64,000 nt of DNA from Mycobacteriales bacterium (GTDB taxonomy: Bacteria > Actinomycetota > Actinomycetes > JAFAQI01), in the NCBI GenBank assembly GCA_035547515.1, contig DASZUS010000008.1, positions 28,257 to 92,256 on the forward strand, written 5' to 3'. Every line of letters begins with the position of its first letter. The first letter of the stretch is position 1. Made by a program: the position numbers and the translations under genes. Below the pieces are notes generated by a model. It saw only the letters and a list, made by a program, of their open reading frames with translations, was not told the origin of the DNA and did no database searches. Below, in pieces: positions 36,501 to 45,513 of this stretch.

Positions 36501-37878
36501 GCCCGAGCCGGTAGTCGTGCGGGTAGACAGTCTCGGTGAGCCCGGTCGGTGAGGTCCACGTGACCGAGTCGTCCCTGTTCTTCACGTACGACCAGCCGGC
36601 GTGGGTCTTCGTGCGATGCCATCGACGGTCGATCGGGGTGTTGTTGCGCGCATCGGTGCCGCCGCCGCGCTGGTGGGGAATGTTGTGCTCCATGTCGCAG
36701 TCCGCGGCGGGGACGTTCGAGTGCGGACCGGCGCTGGTGCCGTAAAGCGCGATCAGGAAGTCGGCGAGGGGCGGCGGCACCAGGTAGGTGCTTGTCCCGT
36801 AGTCCAGCAGGCGCCCGTCGGCCTCGTCGATGATCAGCCGGCGCAGCGGGGAGCCGTTGGACAACAGCTCGAACGCCGCCTCCGCCGGAACCATCCCGTA
36901 CCCGGGGATCTCGGCTGGGTGCCGGGCGAGCCCGAACAGCGTCGGCGCGTCGAAGGTGACGTTGAGCCCGAATGCGCGGCCGTGCCGGCGGGGTGCTGCG
37001 GGTGAGGTCAGGTAGTCCTCGGCCCACTGCACGAGGGCGGCGAGCTTGCGGTTGGCTGCGGCACCGCCGAGAGCCGGCTTCGTCGCTTTCGCATACGCGC
37101 GCATCGCGAGGTCGATGATCGCCGTACGCTCCAGCGGGCCGCGGATCAGCAGCTCGCCGACGCCGTCGCCAAGATCGTGGTGCTCGACAATGACCTCCGC
37201 GCGCGCCGCCTTGCTCCGGGTCACGAAGTTGGGGTCGAGCCTGGCGAGCCAGCGCCGCAGCGACGCCTTGAACTTCGTGAGGTCCTGGCGATGGGCGAAC
37301 TTGAGCAGCCGGCTCTCGATCTCCTGTGCGACGTCGTCGGGAAGATGGGCCACGCCCTCGCTCAAGGCACGGGCCTGCCCGAGGGTGCACCGGCCCTCGC
37401 TCATCGCCGCGCGGGTCGCCGTGAGCCGGCTAGCGAGATCACGCGCGAACGCGACCTGCCGGTCTGCCGAGTAGATGCTCGACCGGGTCGCGGCGGCGAC
37501 GTCGTAGGGCCCCCAATCCTCGCGACGGTCTGCCGGCGTCGGCCCGGCCAGTGAGGCGGTGAGCTCCGCGCAGAACGCTTCGAGGTGGCTGATCAGATCC
37601 CGGGTTCGTTTGAGCGCCCAGGCCTTCGCGGTCGATGACATCTCATCGACCGGCGTCATCTTCAGCAGCGGATAGGTGTGCTGCCCGAGTGGCAGGCGGC
37701 ACGCGTCGTCGACCGGCTGATCCGAGAAGGCGAGCCCGCCGTCCATCCAGTCCGGGGCGGTGCGCTCGATCTCTTCCCACACTTCTTGTGGGATCGGCTC
37801 CCAGTCACCGAGGTCCGGCGGATCGGGCTCGTCCCACCACGGAGGCGTCAGGAGCACGGCGCCTCGAGCATCGAACAC
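36496..37878 (-). CDS. DUF222 domain / HNH endonuclease protein (REP13E12-type)
   Basis: 460 aa. The DUF222-like helical body is followed by a C-terminal HNH nuclease motif (CDMEHNIPHQRGGGTDARNNTPIDRRWHRTKTH). This architecture is typical of the actinobacterial 13E12 repeat family. Confidence 0.75.
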   Translation of the reverse strand: MFDARGAVLLTPPWWDEPDPPDLGDWEPIPQEVWEEIERTAPDWMDGGLAFSDQPVDDACRLPLGQHTYPLLKMTPVDEMSSTAKAWALKRTRDLISHLEAFCAELTASLAGPTPADRREDWGPYDVAAATRSSIYSADRQVAFARDLASRLTATRAAMSEGRCTLGQARALSEGVAHLPDDVAQEIESRLLKFAHRQDLTKFKASLRRWLARLDPNFVTRSKAARAEVIVEHHDLGDGVGELLIRGPLERTAIIDLAMRAYAKATKPALGGAAANRKLAALVQWAEDYLTSPAAPRRHGRAFGLNVTFDAPTLFGLARHPAEIPGYGMVPAEAAFELLSNGSPLRRLIIDEADGRLLDYGTSTYLVPPPLADFLIALYGTSAGPHSNVPAADCDMEHNIPHQRGGGTDARNNTPIDRRWHRTKTHAGWSYVKNRDDSVTWTSPTGLTETVYPHDYRLGP

Positions 37879-37890
37879 GCGTTCGAACCT

Positions 37891-37904
37891 AGTCGCAGGC
37901 TACG
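37891..37904. repeat. right copy of the direct repeat flanking the DUF222/HNH gene (AGTCGCAGGCTACG)
   Basis: See the left copy. This copy lies 13 nt upstream of the GTG start at 37878. Confidence 0.35.
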
Positions 37905-37926
37905 ACAGTTTCAAGGGTCGAGCGGA

Positions 37927-40011
37927 TCAGGTTCGTTGAACCGCCAGGAGGGCGACGTCATCGGCCCGGGTCGCGCCGGACAGCGCGGTCAAGATGTGGT
38001 CGAGCAGCACATCAGGAGTTCGTGTCGCTGCGCCGACGGCGGCGCGGATCAGCCGGCCGGTCCCTTCGTCGATGTCACGGTGGCGGTCCTCGACCAGGCC
38101 GTCGGTATAGAGCACAAGGCCGGCGCCCACCGGGAGCTCGCCCTCCCACAACACCGGTCGCTCCGCGCCGGGAACGCCGAGCGGCGCAGCGGGATCGAGG
38201 GTTGGGAACCAAGCCCGGTCCGGTTCCACGATCAGGGGCGGCAGGTGTCCGGCGGAGGCGATCGTCAGCTTGCCGTTCGTCGGGTCGAGCCGCGCGAACA
38301 GCGCCGTGGCCATCCGGTCCAGGCCGAGGTGGTCCCAGTTCGTGTGCAAGAGGTTGATCAGCTCGTCCGGGCTGTTGGCTTGCGACCGCAGCGCCCGGCA
38401 GGCGCTGCGCAGCTGCGCCATCGTTGCGGCGGCGGTGATGTCGTGGCCGGCGACGTCCCCGATGGCCAGGGCTACCTCGCCGCTGCCCGTGACCATGACG
38501 TCCCAGAAGTCACCGCCGACTTCTGCATCGGTGGTGCCGGGCAGGTAGCGCACCGCGAACTGCAAGGTCTCGACGGTTGGGAGCTCGGAAGGGAGCAGGT
38601 TCGTCTGCAAGGTGTGCGAGAGGTTGCGCTCGACGTCGTAGTGACGTTCCTTCGCGATCACCAGTGCCACCCGGCTGGCGAGCTCCTCGGCCAATGACAC
38701 GTCGTCGGGACCGAACCTGCGCCCGGAGCCCGCGGACAGCAGGGTGACGGTGCCGAGCACCGCGTCGTTGGCGATCAAGGGGATCGTCATGAAGCTGCTG
38801 CACCCGAGCTGTTTGGCGATGCGGAAGTGCTCGTCGTTTCGGGTCACGGAGCGCAGGAACTCGTCGCTCATGTCGGCTGACCACCGTGACCGCCGGACTC
38901 GCATGGCCTCGATGCTCGGATGCGTGCCGGTCGCTACCGGTGCGTACCTCGTCCGCAGCACGTCGACCAGGGCTTGGTGGGCGGGGTCGGCGTGTACGGC
39001 GGCGACGCGGCGGGGCCGGCCCGCCGCGTCGACCACGTCGATCAAGCAGATGTCGCCGAGCTGCGGCACGGCCACCGACGCCAGAGCCTGCAGCGTCTCG
39101 GTGAAGCCGCTGACGTGCGCGAGAACGTTGGAAGCGTCGAGGAGAAACCGTTGCGACCGTTGCGCTTCACGCAGCTGCACGACCAGGGCCGTGCGCTGCG
39201 CATCCGCCGCTCGGCGCTCGGTGTCGTCGTGGACGTACCAGACCCGGCCGATGATCACGTCCGCGTCGTCGGTGATCGGGGCTGCGTACCCTTCGACGAT
39301 GCGGCCGTCGTGAAGGCTGAGGGTCGACGACCGGCTCTGTGAGGCATCGCCGCCCCGCGCGCCGATCGTCTGCAGCAGCGGCGTCTGGTCGGCCAGCTGG
39401 GCTTGGCAAAGCGCCAGCACGGCCTCCGCGTTCCCCCCGACTGGAATGTCGGAGGTCTCGAGGCCCCACAGCTCGCAGAACGTGCGATTCACGGCGAGGA
39501 CGCGTCCGTCGGACGCCCACGCGAGCACGCCGTCGCGGGCGGCGTCGACTGTTGCCTGCAGGTAGCGCGACAGCAAGGCCTGCCGTTCCAGGTCCACGCG
39601 GCGCGAGACATCCCTGATCGTTGCCACCACTGCGAACTGCGGGTCATCCGGCTCTCCGACGACCGCGAGCGTCAGCTCGACGGGCAGCTCGGAGCCGTCT
39701 GCGCGGAGCGCCGCAACCTGGACCGGGCCACCGCCCACCAGCCGACCGTGTCCGGTCCGCACGAAGTTGCCGAAGCCCGCCTGATGGGCGCTGCGGAAGC
39801 GTTGCGGGACCAGCTCGACGAGCGGCAGCCCGACCTGGACCCGCCGGCCGAACAGCGCCTCGGCGGCCGGGTTTGCGCCCGCGACCATGCCGCGGCGATC
39901 CGCGACGACCACGGCGTCGGCCAGCACGCGAAGTACGGCGGACTCGTCGATCGTCGGCGGGTGCTCCGGCCAGGGCGTGGCTGCTCGGCCAGCACCCGTG
40001 TCGGCTGACAT
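37927..40011 (-). CDS. PAS-PAS-GAF-PP2C (SpoIIE family) protein phosphatase
   Basis: 694 aa. There are two PAS-like segments (VVVADRRGMVAGANPAAEALFG; VLAWASDGRVLAVNRTFCELWG). These are followed by a GAF-like region and a C-terminal PP2C/SpoIIE region (EVGGDFWDV...IGDVAGHD...ASAGHLPP...LYTDGLVE). Confidence 0.8.
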   Translation of the reverse strand: MSADTGAGRAATPWPEHPPTIDESAVLRVLADAVVVADRRGMVAGANPAAEALFGRRVQVGLPLVELVPQRFRSAHQAGFGNFVRTGHGRLVGGGPVQVAALRADGSELPVELTLAVVGEPDDPQFAVVATIRDVSRRVDLERQALLSRYLQATVDAARDGVLAWASDGRVLAVNRTFCELWGLETSDIPVGGNAEAVLALCQAQLADQTPLLQTIGARGGDASQSRSSTLSLHDGRIVEGYAAPITDDADVIIGRVWYVHDDTERRAADAQRTALVVQLREAQRSQRFLLDASNVLAHVSGFTETLQALASVAVPQLGDICLIDVVDAAGRPRRVAAVHADPAHQALVDVLRTRYAPVATGTHPSIEAMRVRRSRWSADMSDEFLRSVTRNDEHFRIAKQLGCSSFMTIPLIANDAVLGTVTLLSAGSGRRFGPDDVSLAEELASRVALVIAKERHYDVERNLSHTLQTNLLPSELPTVETLQFAVRYLPGTTDAEVGGDFWDVMVTGSGEVALAIGDVAGHDITAAATMAQLRSACRALRSQANSPDELINLLHTNWDHLGLDRMATALFARLDPTNGKLTIASAGHLPPLIVEPDRAWFPTLDPAAPLGVPGAERPVLWEGELPVGAGLVLYTDGLVEDRHRDIDEGTGRLIRAAVGAATRTPDVLLDHILTALSGATRADDVALLAVQRT

Positions 40012-40041
40012 GAGCCCACGCTAACCGCGTACCCTCGAAGG

Positions 40042-41016
40042 GTGGCCACGGAAGTTCAGGAGGTCGCTCCGCAGGCGCACACCGTCAGTTTCTACGACGA
40101 CGACCGCCACCTCGTCGCTGATGTCGCCCGTTTCGTCGCGGACGGGCTGACCCACGGCGAGCGGGTCGTGGTCGTGGCAACCGCCGAGCACCGCGCCGCG
40201 ATCGACGACGTCCTCGTGCAGTTCGGGACAGACGCGATGCGTGCCCACATCCACGGCCGGTTCATCGCGCTGGACGCCGGTGAGCTGCTGCGCACCTTCA
40301 TGGTGGACGGCGCACCTGACCCTGCAAGGTTCGTCGCACACGTCGGTTCGGTCATCGACGCTGCGGCCGAAGATGGCTGCGGTGTTCGAGTGTTCGGCGA
40401 GATGGTGGCCCTGCTCTGGCAGGCCGGCGGCGAACCTGAGGCGATCGCGCTCGAAGCGTTGTGGAACGAGCTTGCGCAAAGCCGCCGGTTCTCGCTGCTC
40501 TGCGCATACCCCACCCAGGTCTTCAGCGAGACCGCACTGCCCGGGATCAACCGCGTCTGCGAGCTGCACTCAGAGGTCATGGCGCCGCGCAGCTACACCG
40601 CCGCAGCCTTCGACACCACACCTGCCGACCCTCCCGTTGTGGCGCGAACCTCGCAGCTGTTCGTGCCGGTGCCCTCGGCAGTCAGGGCTGCCCGGCTGTT
40701 CGCGGGCGACGTGCTGCGGAGCTGGGGCGAGGACGCCGTCCTCGGCGATGCGCGCGCCATCGTCTCCGAGCTCGCCACGAACGCGGTCGCGCACGCCTCG
40801 TCGGCATTTCAGATTCGCCTTGCCCGAGCGGACCAGGTCCTCCGCATCTCGGTCGAGGACGTCGGCCCGGCGCAACCGCAACGACGCGAGCCGTCGCCTG
40901 AGGATCTCAACGGCCGGGGAATGCTGCTCGTCGAGTCGCTCGCGCTGCGGTGGGGGTGCGAGGCCACGGCTGCCGGCAAGTCGGTGTGGGCGGAGCTCCC
41001 CTCGCGTCCCGGCTAG
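40042..41016 (+). CDS. MEDS sensory domain fused to RsbW-like HATPase (anti-sigma regulatory kinase)
   Basis: 324 aa from a GTG start. The N-terminus (HTVSFYDDDRHLVADVARFVADGL..GERVVVV...FGEMVALLW) matches the MEDS domain pattern. The C-terminus (IVSELATNAVAHA...LRISVEDVG...GRGMLLVESLALRWG) is HATPase_c of the anti-sigma kinase type. Confidence 0.7.
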   Translation: MATEVQEVAPQAHTVSFYDDDRHLVADVARFVADGLTHGERVVVVATAEHRAAIDDVLVQFGTDAMRAHIHGRFIALDAGELLRTFMVDGAPDPARFVAHVGSVIDAAAEDGCGVRVFGEMVALLWQAGGEPEAIALEALWNELAQSRRFSLLCAYPTQVFSETALPGINRVCELHSEVMAPRSYTAAAFDTTPADPPVVARTSQLFVPVPSAVRAARLFAGDVLRSWGEDAVLGDARAIVSELATNAVAHASSAFQIRLARADQVLRISVEDVGPAQPQRREPSPEDLNGRGMLLVESLALRWGCEATAAGKSVWAELPSRPG

Positions 41017-41765
41017 CCCTTGAGCAGGCCTCCGATGAGGCCACCGACCGCGCCGCCCGCTCCCGCGTTGCCTGCCTCGGCGGTCGGCAGGTAGGGCATC
41101 AAGTCCTGCGCGAGCCCCTGCAAGGTCAGCGACTGCAGCCAGACCTTGCCCGGGCCGGTGAGCTTCACCAGGAAGAACTCGCCTCCGAAGAACTTGTTCT
41201 TCAGGCCCTTGATCGTCGTGATGCCGAACTGCGTGCCGTCGGTGAACATGCCGATGTGCGCGGGGTGCACGAAGAGGTTCTGCCCGGGCTGCAGGTCGTA
41301 GGTGACGATCTCGCCCTGCAGCTGGATCCAGGCGTCGCACTGGCCGCCGACGCGCTGCAGGATGAAACCCTCGCCACCGAACAGCGCACCGCCCAACGAC
41401 TGCTGGAATGCCGCTGAGAGCTGTACGCCGTTCGTCGCCGCCAGGAAGCCGTGGCGGTGAACGATGTAGTCGTGTCCCGGGGAGACGCTCACCGGCAGGA
41501 TCTGGCCCGGGATCGTGGTCGAGAACGCGACGAGGCCGCCAGCCGCACCGGCGGTGTAGCTGCTCGTGAACAGTGTGCCGCCACCGGCCATCCGCTTGAT
41601 GGCGCCCATGAATCCGCCGCTGCCGCCGGCGTACGACGTGGAGGTCGCCATCGTCACGTCCTCGGACATCCACGACATGCGGCCGGCCTCGCCGATGACC
41701 GCCTCGCCGGCGCTGAGCACGCACTCGAGGACCGGAAGCGTGGTGCCGAGAATCTTGGTCTGCAT
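41013..41765 (-). CDS. AIM24/TIGR00266 (DUF124) family protein
   Basis: 250 aa. The pattern L..GE....E.G.M.wM...v.m.T...GG......KR...GE and later GEGF.LQ...G.G..wlq..G, with a Gly-rich tail, matches the family consensus from memory. Confidence 0.65.
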   Translation of the reverse strand: MQTKILGTTLPVLECVLSAGEAVIGEAGRMSWMSEDVTMATSTSYAGGSGGFMGAIKRMAGGGTLFTSSYTAGAAGGLVAFSTTIPGQILPVSVSPGHDYIVHRHGFLAATNGVQLSAAFQQSLGGALFGGEGFILQRVGGQCDAWIQLQGEIVTYDLQPGQNLFVHPAHIGMFTDGTQFGITTIKGLKNKFFGGEFFLVKLTGPGKVWLQSLTLQGLAQDLMPYLPTAEAGNAGAGGAVGGLIGGLLKG

Positions 41766-41828
41766 GGAACCCCCTCGATCGCTGACGGCCGCAGCGCCGT
41801 CGACGGATGAACGATAGAGCGCCGAGCG

Positions 41829-44800
41829 CTAGCCCGCGACGCCCAGGTAGGACTCGATGACGCGGTCGTTCTCGAGCACGTCGCCCGGCGCCCCCTCCGC
41901 GATGACCTGTCCGAGCTCGAGGGCGACGAGGCGGTCACACAGCGAGGTCAGCAAGGGCATGTCGTGGTCGATGACGAGCATCGTCGCGCCGGTCTCGTCG
42001 CGCACTCTGCGCAGCAACGGGCCAAGCGCTTCGGTCTCCTTCTGCGCCACGCCGGCAGTCGGCTCGTCGAGGAGTACGACGGCGGGCCGCTGAGCCATGA
42101 TGCAGGCCAGCTCGACGATGCGCCGGGTGCCCGTGGACAGCTCGCCGATCATCGTGTCTGCGTAGCGGACCAACCCGAGCTGGGCCAGCAGATCCTGCAC
42201 CCGCTCGGCGACGGCAGCCTCGGACAGGGTCGAGGCCGGCAGCCGGAGCGCCGCGGCGACGACATCCCGGGAGTCGACGTGGCGCTCGAGTGCGACGGCA
42301 ACCGTCTCCGCCACGGTGAGCCCGGGGAAGAGCCGGGCTTCCTGGAACGAGCGGCCCAGCCCGATCACTGCTCGGTCCGACGCGCCGAACGACGTCACGT
42401 CGGAGCCACCGAGAAAGACCTTGCCGCCGTCGGTCGGCAGGAAGCCGCAGATGACGTCGAACAGCGTCGTCTTGCCGGCGCCGTTGTGCCCGATGAGGCC
42501 GACGATCTCACCCTTGTGAACCGTCATGCCGATGTCGTTGAGCACCTTGACGCCGCCGAACGACTTGCCGACGTTGACGCACTCCAGCACTGCCGGCCGG
42601 GCGATCAGCTCGGCGAGCTCCCGCTGCCGCGTGGCGGCGCTCTTCTTGCGCGGGCGCTTCCCGCCGTTCGAGGCGTTCGCGCCGTTCGCGGTGGTCGCGG
42701 GCGCGGCGCCGCCGATGAAGACGGAGCGGAGCACGTCGGTCCTGGCCAGCAGGTCCTTGGTCTCACCCGAGAACCGCGCCGTACCGCGCTCGAGGAAGAC
42801 CGCGCGCCTCGCCACCTCGAGCGCCACGCTGACCGACTGCTCGACGATGACGATCGTGACGCCGCCTGCGGCGAGCTCGCGGACCACCTCGAGCAAGCGT
42901 GCGACCACCGAGGGGGCCAGCCCGAGGGAGAGCTCGTCGATGAGCATGACCCTCGGCTCGGTCTGCAGCGCCATCGCCAGCGAGAGCATCTGCTGCTGGC
43001 CGCCGGACATCGTCCCGGCGAGCTGTCGCTGGCGGTCCGCGAGCTGCGGGAAGAGCTCGACGGCCTTACGCCTGCCTTGCTCCAGCTTCGCTCGATCCCG
43101 GCGAACCAGCCATCCCGCGACCCGGAGGTTCTCCGCCACGCTCAGCGACGGGAAGATCGACTTGGCGGGGACGAGACACAGCCCGCGTGCCGCTCGTTGG
43201 GCCGGGCTCGTCGAGGTGATGTCGACGCCGTCGAACCACACCCTTCCGGGCGCCGCCGACAGCAGCCCGGCAACGGCCTTGAGCATCGTGGACTTGCCTG
43301 CTCCGTTCGTGCCGAGCAGCGCGACGATCTCCTGGTCGGCGACATCGAGGTCGACGCCGAACAGCACCTGCATCGGGCCGTAGCTGGCCTGGATGCCGTC
43401 GCAGCGGAGCAGCGCCGTCGAGGGCTCGACGGCCTGCGCTCCTGCGCGCTCGCTCGCCTCGACTGGTGGCGCGCTGACGGCGCCGTCGGCGGCCGCCGTG
43501 AGGTCGATTTCGCGGCGCCGTGCCACGAGGTCGAGCAAGCGATCCCGTACGCCGAAGAAGACGGACGCCAGTCCGGCCGGCAGGACCAGCAGGACGATCA
43601 GCAGCCCGGAGCCGGTGATCAGCAGCTGGTACTGCGGGTAGTAGTGGACGGCCGCTTGCACAGCGATCACGCCGAGCAGGGCGCCGACGATCGAGTCCGC
43701 GCCGCCGATGATCAGCATCGAGAAGACGAGGAAGCTGTCCGCCGGCGGGTAGGTCTCGAACCCGACGCTTTGCAGGATGGTCGAGTGCAGCCCGCCGGCG
43801 ATGCCGGCGATCGCTCCGGACAGGACGAAGCCGAGCAGCTTGACCCGCATGGTCGGCACAGCCATGGCGGCCGCGGCGCGCGGGTTGTCGCGCGTCGCGA
43901 GCATCACCCGGCCGGGTCGCGCGCGGCGCAGTCCCTGGACGATGACGATGGTCAGGATGAGCAGGCCGAGGCCGACGTAGTAGAGAGCGCGCTCGGAGGT
44001 GAGGTTGAACCGCTTCCACAGCACCGGGCGGGTGATCGACGACGGAAGCAACGAGTTGAAGTCGGTGGGGTTGAAGAAGTAGCTGTCGGCCGCGACCGCC
44101 AGCGCCATGGTCGTGACGGCCAGGTCGAGGCCCTGGATGCGCAGCGCCGGGAGCCCGACCAGGACCGCGAGCAGCGCGCCCGCGGCTCCGGCGGCGATCA
44201 GGCAGACGAAGAAGTCGAGGTTCCAGTGCGTCATCAGGTCGCCGACGAGGATCCCGCCGAGGCCGACGAAGGCGTACTGGCCGAAGCTGACCTGGCCCGA
44301 CCAGCCGACCAGGACCACGAGAGACACCGCGACGATCGCGAAGACCGCAGTCACGCTGAAGATCCGGATCGTGCTGGGACTGCAAGCAAGCGGTACGAAG
44401 ACCGCCAGCGCGAGCAGTGCGACCCGGCCGGCACTCTGCGCCGCCAGGACCTCGGGCAGCCGGCGCAGCGGGGCCGGGATGTCGCGGGCGCGGTCGCCGC
44501 TCGACAGCGAGGTCTCCTCAGCGCCGTCGCGCCCTTGGCCCCGGCGCGGCAGCAGCAGCGCCAGCAGGATGACCGCGAGGAACGCGACGTCGGTGAGCCC
44601 CGGCTGTGAGGTGAAGTTCCACGAGACCAGGGCGCTCAGGATGCCCAGCCCGATGCCGGCGAACATCGCGATGGGCAAGGACTCCTTGCGCGCGAGCACG
44701 GCGGCGGCGAGGGCTGGTAGCAGCAACGTCGGGCCGGCTCCGGCCGCGATCGTGACGCCTTGGTCGGGGGCGGGAAGGATGACCGCCGCCGCGGCGAGCA

Positions 44801-45503
44801 CACCGCCGACCGTCCAGACGATGGTGGCGAGCCGGCGTACCGGGACTCCGAGCAGCAGCGCCCGGTCGCGGTTGTCGGCGATCGCACGCACCGCGATGCC
44901 CGAGTCGGTCCGCAGCAGGTACCAGCCGAGCGCGACGATCGCGACGGGCACCGCGATGACCACGATGAGGTCGTTGCCGGTGAACAGCACCGGGCCGATG
45001 TTCAGCCCGTGCTTGGTGAGGGCGGTCGAGAAGCCGCCAACGAGCGACGGCCCGCCGATCCACTTCGGCAACAGCAGCTGGATGCCGCCGAGCACCTGCG
45101 CGAGCCCGAGGGTCGCGACGGTGAGGGTCAGCCGGCTGGCGTTGGCGAAGCGCCGGATGACGAGGAGCTCGGTGAGCGCGCCGACGAGCGCGCCGGTCAG
45201 CAGGCCGGCGATCACCGCGAGCGGCCACGACCAGTGCTGCCCGAGGTAGAGCAGGACCCCGACGGTGCCGCCGACGCCGCCCATCGAGCCGTACGCGAAG
45301 TTGACGATGCGATCCGACCGGTAGGTCAGGACCAGACCCAGCGCGAACAGCCCGTTGACCGATCCGAATAGCGCGCCTTGCAGGATGATGCCGAACGGCG
45401 CCTTGCCCGGCGCGGCCAGATGGGTGACCAGCAACGCCAGTACGACGCCGACTCCCGCGGACAGTGCGCGGTGGCGGTTCAACGTGTCGGAGATCGCGGT
45501 CAC
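41829..45503 (-). CDS. single-polypeptide branched-chain-amino-acid-type ABC importer: LivH-like + LivM-like permeases + LivF-like + LivG-like ATPases
   Basis: One uninterrupted 1224-aa ORF. Residues ~1-330 resemble LivH (LVLTYRSDRIVNFAYGS). Residues ~340-650 resemble LivM (VSFGQYAFVGLGG). Next is NBD1 with Walker A GTNGAGKST and signature SGGQQQML (LivF-like). Last is NBD2 with Walker A GHNGAGKTT and signature LSTGTRR (LivG-like). Confidence 0.8.
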   Translation of the reverse strand: MTAISDTLNRHRALSAGVGVVLALLVTHLAAPGKAPFGIILQGALFGSVNGLFALGLVLTYRSDRIVNFAYGSMGGVGGTVGVLLYLGQHWSWPLAVIAGLLTGALVGALTELLVIRRFANASRLTLTVATLGLAQVLGGIQLLLPKWIGGPSLVGGFSTALTKHGLNIGPVLFTGNDLIVVIAVPVAIVALGWYLLRTDSGIAVRAIADNRDRALLLGVPVRRLATIVWTVGGVLAAAAVILPAPDQGVTIAAGAGPTLLLPALAAAVLARKESLPIAMFAGIGLGILSALVSWNFTSQPGLTDVAFLAVILLALLLPRRGQGRDGAEETSLSSGDRARDIPAPLRRLPEVLAAQSAGRVALLALAVFVPLACSPSTIRIFSVTAVFAIVAVSLVVLVGWSGQVSFGQYAFVGLGGILVGDLMTHWNLDFFVCLIAAGAAGALLAVLVGLPALRIQGLDLAVTTMALAVAADSYFFNPTDFNSLLPSSITRPVLWKRFNLTSERALYYVGLGLLILTIVIVQGLRRARPGRVMLATRDNPRAAAAMAVPTMRVKLLGFVLSGAIAGIAGGLHSTILQSVGFETYPPADSFLVFSMLIIGGADSIVGALLGVIAVQAAVHYYPQYQLLITGSGLLIVLLVLPAGLASVFFGVRDRLLDLVARRREIDLTAAADGAVSAPPVEASERAGAQAVEPSTALLRCDGIQASYGPMQVLFGVDLDVADQEIVALLGTNGAGKSTMLKAVAGLLSAAPGRVWFDGVDITSTSPAQRAARGLCLVPAKSIFPSLSVAENLRVAGWLVRRDRAKLEQGRRKAVELFPQLADRQRQLAGTMSGGQQQMLSLAMALQTEPRVMLIDELSLGLAPSVVARLLEVVRELAAGGVTIVIVEQSVSVALEVARRAVFLERGTARFSGETKDLLARTDVLRSVFIGGAAPATTANGANASNGGKRPRKKSAATRQRELAELIARPAVLECVNVGKSFGGVKVLNDIGMTVHKGEIVGLIGHNGAGKTTLFDVICGFLPTDGGKVFLGGSDVTSFGASDRAVIGLGRSFQEARLFPGLTVAETVAVALERHVDSRDVVAAALRLPASTLSEAAVAERVQDLLAQLGLVRYADTMIGELSTGTRRIVELACIMAQRPAVVLLDEPTAGVAQKETEALGPLLRRVRDETGATMLVIDHDMPLLTSLCDRLVALELGQVIAEGAPGDVLENDRVIESYLGVAG

Positions 45504-45513
45504 GCGACGGGCC

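Noticed and set aside
36491-36506. Small hairpin TCGGGC-tacg-GCCCGA between the BVMO and HNH genes, considered as a terminator
   Set aside because: It has only a 6-bp stem and no U-tract, and it overlaps the HNH stop codon. It is reported only as part of the direct-repeat observation.
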